This document shows, in pieces, positions 36,026-43,199 of a DNA stretch of 43,199 nucleotides (positions are counted from its first letter, which is position 1; each line of letters opens with the position of its first letter). The stretch is from a virus (Duplodnaviria; Heunggongvirae; Uroviricota; Caudoviricetes): the IMG/VR virus record IMGVR_UViG_2728369130_000006, positions 1 through 43,199 of that record. One strand, 5' to 3'. The notes beneath the pieces were generated by a model. That model was given only the letters and a program-made list of their open reading frames with translations, was not told the origin of the DNA and made no database searches. Position numbers and translations under genes: made by a program.

Positions 36026-36532
36026 TTATTCACTATGATATTTTAATCCTCTAGCTTTATATAGAGGAATCCAGTGACTATCATAGAAATCATAACCGCC
36101 GCCATCAATCCCAAAAAATAAACCTAATTCCTTAGATTCATAAACCCAAAAACCGCATTCTTTCATTTTATCAAGGTTTTTCTTTGCCCAAACTTCATCA
36201 TATTCATGCTTAAATGTCCACATTGTTTCCCAAATAGGAAACTCACACTTATTATAAATATCATTGCTATTACAAGAGCCGCAATATAATTCATTATCTT
36301 TGTTTTTATGAATGTCTTCACTTCCACAATATCCGCATTCTTTTTCAGTTACTAGGATTTCAAAACCTTCTGATGTTGGATAAGCTTTATTAATAAGGCT
36401 TTGAGGAATTTCGTTAAATTCTCCATACCATTTTTGAGCCGCTTCTCTAATAGTTAAATTTTTCATGATTTCATTCTCCTTTATGTATTCTTTAGTATAC
36501 CAAGTTTGATAGGGGAGGGTAGAAAAATGCAA
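36026..36532 (-). CDS. Hypothetical protein with zinc ribbon
   Basis: CGYCGS..CGSCNS; likely start at the internal MKNLT (AAGGAG RBS). Confidence 0.7.
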   Translation of the reverse strand: MHFSTLPYQTWYTKEYIKENEIMKNLTIREAAQKWYGEFNEIPQSLINKAYPTSEGFEILVTEKECGYCGSEDIHKNKDNELYCGSCNSNDIYNKCEFPIWETMWTFKHEYDEVWAKKNLDKMKECGFWVYESKELGLFFGIDGGGYDFYDSHWIPLYKARGLKYHSE

Positions 36533-36577
36533 CTATATTTAACGTTTAACTTATTATATCATTATTAATTAGTTTTG

Positions 36578-36682
36578 TCAGTGAGAAAAATGAGAAATAA
36601 ACAAAATGCAAAGGTTTGAAACAATAACGAACAGACAGAAGAAAAATGCGTTATAAAAATCAATCTTAAAAATTGTTTTCAT
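36578..36682 (-). CDS. 34-aa hydrophobic peptide
   Basis: AAGGAGCGG RBS; MKTIFKIDFYNAFFFCLFVIVSNLCILFISHFSH. Confidence 0.5.
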   Translation of the reverse strand: MKTIFKIDFYNAFFFCLFVIVSNLCILFISHFSH

Positions 36683-36755
36683 TTTAACCGCTCCTTATCT
36701 TTGGTAATTCCATGTTACACCGATTCAAATCTTTTGTCAACAGACTAATAAAAAT

Positions 36756-36975
36756 TTATTGTAATTTTCTACTTTTTAATAGCTTCATTTTCACTCTTGA
36801 AAATCCAGTCTTAAAACCATTTGTAAATTGCCATGTACCTATGAAATAATCAATATCAACACCGACATATACAAGAATTGTATTGTTATTATGTCTTTTT
36901 GCTCTTTCATAATCACTTATATGAAACAAAGCATTATCAGCTAACCACAATGGAGCGACACGTTTTTTACATTCA
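36756..36975 (-). pseudogene. Small gene frameshifted in an A6 run
   Basis: GGAGG RBS then MNVK; one extra A at 36963-36968 joins it to the frame of ORF 36756-36950. Confidence 0.5.
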
Positions 36976-37021
36976 TTTTTCGACCTCCGTTATTTGATAA
37001 TGCAAGGATATCATCAATAGT

Positions 37022-37040
37022 AATCTGTTGTCAACAGATT
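37022..37040 (-). promoter_or_regulatory. Perfect palindromic operator on a -35 box
   Basis: AATCTGTTGTCAACAGATT. Confidence 0.75.
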
Positions 37041-37217
37041 AAACAAAAAATAATTCTTTCATTATATAGATGAAAAATAAATAAAACTAAAGTAAAAAAG
37101 ACAAAAGAGAGGAGGGGCATAAACAAAAAAAGATAAAAAATGAAATGTATGTGAGAGTATGTTTATAAGAGGTATCTATAAATAAATATTTTCAATCCCT
37201 GTATTTTCACTATTACA

Positions 37218-37734
37218 TTAACAGCAATCCTCAAAAGTTGCTAAAACATATATATTAACAGCAACCCTAAATTATTGCCAAAGCAAATATCATATATATT
37301 AACAGCGTGCTCAAAAAGTTGCCAAAGCAAAGTGAATAGTTTTTAAAAGAGAGGAATTTTGAAGAAGTAAGAAAGAAAGTAAAAAAAAATACAAAAAGAG
37401 TTCTATTATATTCGGTCGCGACTCCGAAAAGAACTCTTTTTGTTGGCAAATGTGCCAGAGTATGTTGCTTTCTGTCCTTGTGTTATTAATAATAACATAT
37501 ATATAATATTTTGTCAATATACGCAACGAATAACATAGCAATTTTTTTATAATTATATATGAAAATAATTGATGAGATAGCGGATGAGATAGCGTTTTAT
37601 ATTGTATTTTAATCTTGTTAAATGGATTGAATAATAGATTGAATATATAAATTAACAGGCGATCTATATAGTTGCCAAAGCAAAAAAATTTATATATAAA
37701 ATGACAGCAACCTTAAAAAGTTGTCAAAACAAAA
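37218..37734 (+). repeat. Five ~33-bp direct repeats (iteron-like) with a central hairpin
   Basis: Consensus TTAACAGCAAYCYTAAAAAGTTGCCAAAGCAAA at ~37218, 37255, 37299, 37652 and 37701; hairpin 37394-37440. Confidence 0.75.
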
Positions 37735-38028
37735 AATAAAATAGGAAAAGCTTAAAGATTAAAATATAAGACAGATATAATATTTATTGTATTTTAGAAG
37801 AATTACTATTCAGATGAGATATAAATGATTATAATAAACTGAATATAAAAGATTTCTAGTTTATTGGATTTTAAAATCTCTTGACAACGGAATTAACAAA
37901 TGATACAATTACATTAGTTAGTATACAAGGAATAATGGATTGCTAGAAAATATTAAATAGCAATATCCTGTTAGAATTTTATTAATTGAATCTAATATAA
38001 AAAACTATAAGTTGATATATTAGATGTG

Positions 38029-38342
38029 ATGCAGGTTGTTAATTATGTTCAGATTTTATTAAGAGGAGGAATTACAGAACATATTGAAGCGATGATGGAA
38101 GCTGGCGATGGAGCAACAATATGGGGTTATGTTGATGCAAAATTATTAAGAGAATTGCTAGATACGACAAAGACTTAATAGAATTTGTAGAGTTAGATGA
38201 GCTAGGAAAGATTGATCCGAAAGTAGCTAAACTAACTGGTGCAGAGAGATTACCTTATTTCGGTGCTGTAATAACTGATAAAGGCTTTGAATTTCTTGAA
38301 AATGAAGGGGAAGAAGTATTCCTTGCAGAGAAAACAAAATAG
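38029..38342 (+). pseudogene. ~104-codon gene with a -1 frameshift
   Basis: MQVVNYVQILLRGG...LLRE| continues in another frame as ARYDKDLIEFVELDELG...EKTK*. Confidence 0.55.
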
Positions 38343-38652
38343 ATAATTTTAAATACTCTCTATTGAGAATGCTTAAAACCCCAAATAACAAGATAAAATC
38401 AGTATTTTATTAAGTATAAAGAGGATAGAAGAAAGGAAGAGAAGAAGTGTGTAAATGTGGTTTATGAAGTAAATTTTCAACCCTTTATTAGAGATCATAC
38501 GTAGTACAGAAATCAAATGAAAGATATACAACAGAAGAGAGAATTTTCGCCATGCCGCCAAGCATGGTTTTTTGTTGTATTTTAAACATTGATATCTAGG
38601 ACAACAATTGAATTTTCAGCTTAATTACTAAACTAGAGGGACTTATAATATA

Positions 38653-38720
38653 CTATTTCTTGCACCCAAAACCGTTTAAAATCTAGGGAAAACCACTTCA
38701 AAAAAATTTGACCCACCCCC
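38653..38720 (+). repeat. Bipartite direct repeat, copy 2
   Basis: CTATTTCTTGCAC...AAAATCTAG...AAAAATTTGACCCACCCCC. Confidence 0.8.
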
Positions 38721-38902
38721 TATAAAATAAATCAAAACAAATTGGTAAACCTCCTATTATTTTCTTTGAATCCGTTGACAATAGATTACAATGATGCTAT
38801 AATAAACATATATTATAAAAATAATTAAAAATAAAAATATATATAAATTCGTACGAATAACAAACATACATAAAACCGATTGATTTTAAACATAAAAGGA
38901 GA

Positions 38903-39103
38903 ATGATTAACATGAATGAGATTTTAGTGAGAAAGCATGTTAAAAAAATAATGAAATATGGAATCCCTAGAGAAATGGCAAAAGAAATTGTATTAACCGC
39001 ATATGAATCAGGAAGAGAAGAGAATATCGAATTATACATTAATTATGCAATTGATTTAACATATGGGCTAGGGTTCTCAAAGAAAGAAAAATACACTAGC
39101 TAA
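38903..39103 (+). CDS. Hypothetical protein
   Basis: 66 aa, AAAGGAG RBS, promoter TTGACA-17-TATAAT from 38775. Confidence 0.65.
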   Translation: MINMNEILVRKHVKKIMKYGIPREMAKEIVLTAYESGREENIELYINYAIDLTYGLGFSKKEKYTS

Positions 39104-39108
39104 TAAAT

Positions 39109-39143
39109 AGTCTGTTGACAACAGATTATAATGATGGTATAAT
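39109..39143 (+). promoter_or_regulatory. Consensus sigmaA promoter with palindromic operator
   Basis: AGTCTGTTGACAACAGATT; TTGACA-17-TATAAT. Confidence 0.8.
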
Positions 39144-39405
39144 ATTTACATGATATAACTTATAGATGATGATATAATAAATGGAACGAGAAATTGATTG
39201 AGAAGCGTCATAATAATAGAATTGACTCAAAACGAAATAATAGTTAAGAAATTCATGTTTAATAAAATTACACCCACCCTCCATAATCTACATAGTACGG
39301 CCGATGCTACAACATGGAACGGAGATTTTTTTAGCGGCGGAAGAAGTTTATTGAGTGTCTGATTTTTGATATAGACAGCGTTATCAAAGAGTAGGAGGAA
39401 ACGGC

Positions 39406-39678
39406 ATGGAAGATAAAATCTTAAAGATGCTAACAACAATTTCAGATGATATCAATGAAATCAAGGATATCAAAGGAGAAATTTCTAACATTAAAAACGG
39501 CATTGCAGAATTAAAAGAAGGTCAGAAACAGATTATCAACGGAATAGGCGATTTCACGGAGAATATTGCAGAATATACGAAAGAGATTGATAATAGTCTT
39601 TCTGTTTTAAATGAGCGGCTTTTTAAAGTTGAATCAAAAATGAAAAGAGTTGAAAGTAATAGCGATCTAAAACAATAG
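39406..39678 (+). CDS. Small coiled-coil protein
   Basis: 90 aa heptad pattern; AGGAGG RBS. Confidence 0.7.
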   Translation: MEDKILKMLTTISDDINEIKDIKGEISNIKNGIAELKEGQKQIINGIGDFTENIAEYTKEIDNSLSVLNERLFKVESKMKRVESNSDLKQ

Positions 39679-39693
39679 AAGGGGGAAAATTTA

Positions 39694-39855
39694 ATGACTA
39701 AAGAGAAATTAGGCAATCTAGGCGAGATAGAGACGTTACAACGGATATTAGCGATAAGAAAGACTGACTGTGCTGTAAAAGAAAAACCCATCACTCTTTC
39801 AGAAGAAGAGTTAGATAGAATAGAAGATGTTTTACAAGATTTAGTTATGTATTAA
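39694..39855 (+). CDS. 53-aa hypothetical protein
   Basis: AAGGGGG RBS; MTKEKLGNLGEIETLQRILAIRK... Confidence 0.5.
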   Translation: MTKEKLGNLGEIETLQRILAIRKTDCAVKEKPITLSEEELDRIEDVLQDLVMY

Positions 39856-39943
39856 GAAATTTGAGTATGTATGAACATATACTGAAAAGTGAAAACTTTG
39901 GTGCATTAGTCGATATAATTAAAGAGATGGAAAATAAAGGTTA

Positions 39944-40219
39944 TTGATTCGACTTTGCTATAACGAACTTAAAAATAGAGGAGAGATATATATGCAGAAT
40001 GAACTATTTCAATTAGCAAGGAATACAAGAGATTTATTTAATGATCTTATCAATAGAGGGTTTCATGATCCAGAGTTATATGACAAAGTTATAGACATTA
40101 AAGATAAGCATTTTAAAGAAGTTGATTCAAATGGGGAGTATGGTTTTGAAGCATGTTGCTTTAAAATAGGATACGACCAAACTTTAAAGCTTTACAATGA
40201 ATTAGATAACTTTAATTAA
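39944..40219 (+). CDS. Hypothetical protein
   Basis: Likely start at MQNELF after AGGAG; followed by terminator AAGAGGTG-A-CACCTCTT-TTT. Confidence 0.6.
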   Translation: MIRLCYNELKNRGEIYMQNELFQLARNTRDLFNDLINRGFHDPELYDKVIDIKDKHFKEVDSNGEYGFEACCFKIGYDQTLKLYNELDNFN

Positions 40220-40252
40220 GAAGAGGTGACACCTCTTTTTTAATTAATTAAC

Positions 40253-40287
40253 GATCTGTTGACAACAGATTTAACATATGTTATATT
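40253..40287 (+). promoter_or_regulatory. SigmaA promoter with palindromic operator
   Basis: GATCTGTTGACAACAGATT; TTGACA-17-TATATT. Confidence 0.75.
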
Positions 40288-40318
40288 TAATATATAAGAT
40301 AAAAGGATAAGGTGTATC

Positions 40319-40657
40319 ATGAATAAACAAATAAATGATATGATCGTTAATGAAGTTGTAGAAAATGGTGGCAGATTAACAGAAAATGTTCACCACGCTC
40401 TATATCTCTTGACTGATGGAAGAATGATTGACGGGGTGTTTGAAGAAGGTTGTGGTAGGACGGAAGACCACACAATGATCGAAGTTGTTTTAGGCGATAG
40501 ATATGCAAAAGATTTTTGGGAAAGAGTTCATTTTGAGTTGGGGTTAGTAAGATTAACTCCAGAAACAAAAATTGCACTTATAAATAAAGGGCAAGAGTTG
40601 ACAGAAATTCAAAAGGAAATCATATTAAAATCAGGGTATAATATAGAAGAATATTGA
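40319..40657 (+). CDS. Hypothetical phage protein
   Basis: 112 aa with an AAGGTG RBS. Confidence 0.7.
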   Translation: MNKQINDMIVNEVVENGGRLTENVHHALYLLTDGRMIDGVFEEGCGRTEDHTMIEVVLGDRYAKDFWERVHFELGLVRLTPETKIALINKGQELTEIQKEIILKSGYNIEEY

Positions 40658-40677
40658 TTATATAGGAGGAACATAAT

Positions 40678-41002
40678 ATGATTATTAAAGGTTTTTATCA
40701 TTTAGTTGAATCATATTATGGGGCGTGAGTTAAAAAATGCATCATATGTAGATGAAATAACGATTGGATTATATTCAGAAGATGAAGGTACGGAAGGAGA
40801 ATTTGCAATTAAATGGTTTAAAGATGAAGAACTTGGTGCGAGGCTCGAAGCGTATGATGATTCATGGTTTATTTTAAACCAATGCTTAGACTTAATTTAG
40901 GCGCTAAAAGATAAAGAGGGTATAAAACCAGATGAATGCGTAGAACTACTATTGAAATTAGAATATAAAGATTTAACAAATAGAGAAAATCCATACAAAT
41001 AA
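40678..41002 (+). pseudogene. Gene disrupted by a frameshift (G4 at ~40721) and an in-frame TAG (40898-40900)
   Basis: AGGAGG RBS, MIIKGFYHLVESYYG| then RELKNASYVDEITIG...DLI*ALKDKEG...NPYK*. Confidence 0.6.
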
Positions 41003-41016
41003 AAAGAGGGATAATT

Positions 41017-41247
41017 ATGAAAAGATATGTTGTGAAAATGAACGACAATAAATTTGCGAAATGGATTCAATGGACAGCAGGAGTTGTCCCATTAATAAGA
41101 GAAGATGTATTCGATAAAGCTTTTATTATAAGTGATGAATATCTTAGTTATGTGATTGAAGGGGTACAACAAACTAGAAGAGAACTAATTCATGAACACT
41201 ATCCAACTGCTGAAATAATTCCTGTTAAAGTAACACTTGAGGTGTAA
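41017..41247 (+). CDS. Hypothetical protein
   Basis: 76 aa with an AGAGGG RBS. Confidence 0.65.
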   Translation: MKRYVVKMNDNKFAKWIQWTAGVVPLIREDVFDKAFIISDEYLSYVIEGVQQTRRELIHEHYPTAEIIPVKVTLEV

Positions 41248-41279
41248 TACCATTTTATAGGGAAAGGGTTAGAAAGTTT

Positions 41280-41576
41280 ATGAATCTTACTTCTTATACA
41301 GTATATATGGATCGCATTCATGATGAATTAGAGCCGCAAGAAATACTGGTATCTAAGTCTCTATATAGTGCAGTTATGTATGCAACAAATGCCTAAAATG
41401 CAACAATAGACAATAAAGAAATGTTTGATATATTCATTATTCAAACAACTGTTACAGGTGGTCAGTATTCTGGATTTAAAGTTAAGTATAATTGTTATGA
41501 TTACGATGGAACAGAATGCGGAGAAATTAGAATGAGTAAATTATTAAAGCGGCATAGGGCAAATTGTTTGAGGTAA
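41280..41576 (+). pseudogene. 98-codon gene with an in-frame TAA at 41394-41396
   Basis: The reading frame continues uninterrupted for ~59 codons after the stop. Confidence 0.55.
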
Positions 41577-41626
41577 TTGCAAGAGTTGTTAAGGAAAAGA
41601 TCATACAAGAGAGGATTTGAAATGGC

Positions 41627-41848
41627 ATGAAGGAGTTGTTGTTAAACTTTAAAGAAGAACTTGATTTTATAAAAAAGTACGCAAAAGCAAATAAACCAGA
41701 AAAGAAATTGATGCTGTCAAACCTTTTAAATGTAATGGTCTCCACTTTTAACATTCCGCCTACATATGACAGAAAGTATGCCAATGAAAATAAGGAAGTT
41801 ATAAATGTCTTTGAATCAATCATAAATGAAATCAAAAAGCTAGATTAG
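41627..41848 (+). CDS. Hypothetical protein
   Basis: 73 aa ORF in the operon direction. Confidence 0.55.
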   Translation: MKELLLNFKEELDFIKKYAKANKPEKKLMLSNLLNVMVSTFNIPPTYDRKYANENKEVINVFESIINEIKKLD

Positions 41849-41878
41849 CATATAGAGAACTATGGGAGGATTAAAATA

Positions 41879-42442
41879 ATGAAAAGAGTTTCAAATGAGG
41901 AATTACCCTCTTCAGACATCAAGAAAGCAATTCTAAAACATAGGAAATGGATAATTGGAGTTATTGGAATCTTCATCATTTGGTATATCTTCTTTGGTAG
42001 AAATTCAGGATTGACTCAAAAGCAATTTGAAAATAAACTAAGTGATTTGTCTGATGGGATGATTCGTATAACAGATTCTAGAATCGAAAAGACAAATGAT
42101 GGCTCTTCTGTTTATATGGCCAAATGGAATGGATTCACAATTACTGCAACTGTTGATGGGAAGAATAATGTTGTATTACCATATGGTGTTATAGCTCCTT
42201 CTCCAAACCAGATGAATGAGATATCATTAGGCCAATTTCAAGAAGTATCAAAAGCGTTGAGTGGTGTTGCAGATTCAAAACTATCGAAAGATGATAGAGA
42301 TCATTTAATTCTAAATGACTTAAATTTTAATGAAGTCGTGGAGACTGGCACAAAGCATTCGACTTCCAAGAATGGAAAAGATTATGACATAATTGGTTCT
42401 AACGGAATGTTTATATTTATGGTTGGAGATGAAAGAAAATAA
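41879..42442 (+). CDS. Membrane-anchored hypothetical protein
   Basis: Single TM helix (WIIGVIGIFIIWYIFF) and an extracellular domain; GGGAGG RBS. Confidence 0.75.
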   Translation: MKRVSNEELPSSDIKKAILKHRKWIIGVIGIFIIWYIFFGRNSGLTQKQFENKLSDLSDGMIRITDSRIEKTNDGSSVYMAKWNGFTITATVDGKNNVVLPYGVIAPSPNQMNEISLGQFQEVSKALSGVADSKLSKDDRDHLILNDLNFNEVVETGTKHSTSKNGKDYDIIGSNGMFIFMVGDERK

Positions 42443-42638
42443 ATAATAAAAAATTTAAAAAAACATCCAAGATATGAATCTCCTCTAAAGTTAATGTATG
42501 CGACTCATAGAATTGATGAACATAATGGTATTACAAGAGATGAAATAGAACAGTTTATTTTAGAAAATTTCGAATTGGTCGGAGAACAAAAAAGTTTGGA
42601 CGAATATGTGTAACCATTTCTGATAAAGGAGAGAAGAT

Positions 42639-43061
42639 ATGCTTGTTAATTTAAAGAAGCTAAAGACAAGAAATAAAAATAGATTGACAAAAGGCGTTTA
42701 TCAACTAAGAGGATGGGATCAGTTTAATTTTGATAACTGTTTAAGAGATAAAGGAATAGACTTTTATGATGATCCTGAGTATTTTAGAATTAAAGATGCT
42801 GATGGAATTTATCGTCCAACATTCGGGGTATGTGATCATTTTCAACAAGTTTTAGATTTGCATCCAGTTATAACACACTCTCCAGATAGGTACGTTATTG
42901 GTGTGACAAAGGTTAGGAAAAAGAATCAGCCGAGGAAATATGGATGGAGATGGCACAAATGGGGAGAGTATATTGGAAATCATACACCAGATCATGAATA
43001 CCTTTATGATGAAAAAGAAATTGAAGAAATTTTTGTGTATCAAATTATACGTATTAAATAG
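42639..43061 (+). CDS. Conserved-looking phage hypothetical protein
   Basis: 140 aa; AAGGAG RBS; GWRWHKWGEYIG motif. Confidence 0.75.
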   Translation: MLVNLKKLKTRNKNRLTKGVYQLRGWDQFNFDNCLRDKGIDFYDDPEYFRIKDADGIYRPTFGVCDHFQQVLDLHPVITHSPDRYVIGVTKVRKKNQPRKYGWRWHKWGEYIGNHTPDHEYLYDEKEIEEIFVYQIIRIK

Positions 43062-43199
43062 TGAATTTCAGTAATTTAAAAAGAGGTGTATGTTAAATTG
43101 ATTGATGATTATGTACGTGAATGCACAAATGGTTGGGAATTGGAGGATTCATCGGAAGACTTAGAACTATATTCTTTTGTTGATCGTGTTAAATGGAAA

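Noticed and set aside
37267-39039. ORFs 37267, 37311, 38373 and 38797
   Set aside because: Phe/Leu/Ile-rich translations of AT-rich non-coding DNA, or antisense to real genes
1-43199. Arbitrium (aimR/aimP), YonO RNA polymerase, integrase/att site, rRNA and IS elements
   Set aside because: No supporting motifs were seen in this window; they may lie outside it

Overview
43 kb segment of a large, AT-rich, SPbeta-like temperate Bacillus phage/prophage. No host housekeeping genes and no att site are recognisable. Layout: (1) 1-7.4 kb, minus strand: head/packaging genes (scaffold/protease, portal, terminases) and a metallophosphoesterase. (2) 7.5-10.6 kb, minus strand: an RNA module with a DUF2828/vWA (Ro60/TROVE-like) gene, 8 tRNA genes (2 atypical) and five copies of a Y-RNA-like element (covarying terminal helix plus ACAGCWA motif). 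Two of the five enclose circularly permuted tRNA mimics. This is the most interesting part of the window. (3) 10.6-13.3 kb: PIN-PhoH, HU-like and small genes. (4) 13.5-22 kb, plus strand: winged-HTH gene with a downstream inverted repeat, a tyrosine recombinase, and a RecD2-like helicase split by a group I intron carrying a LAGLIDADG endonuclease. (5) 22-30.8 kb: accessory island with a Pycsar anti-phage system, secreted/membrane protein pairs, a MrpR(YopR)-like repressor and two paralogous structured RNAs with compensatory changes. (6) 31-43 kb: small early genes diverging from a ~1 kb AT-rich repeat region, with a palindromic operator on their -35 boxes and several disrupted ORFs. All homology calls come from motif recognition and recall, not database searches; RNA folds were done by hand.
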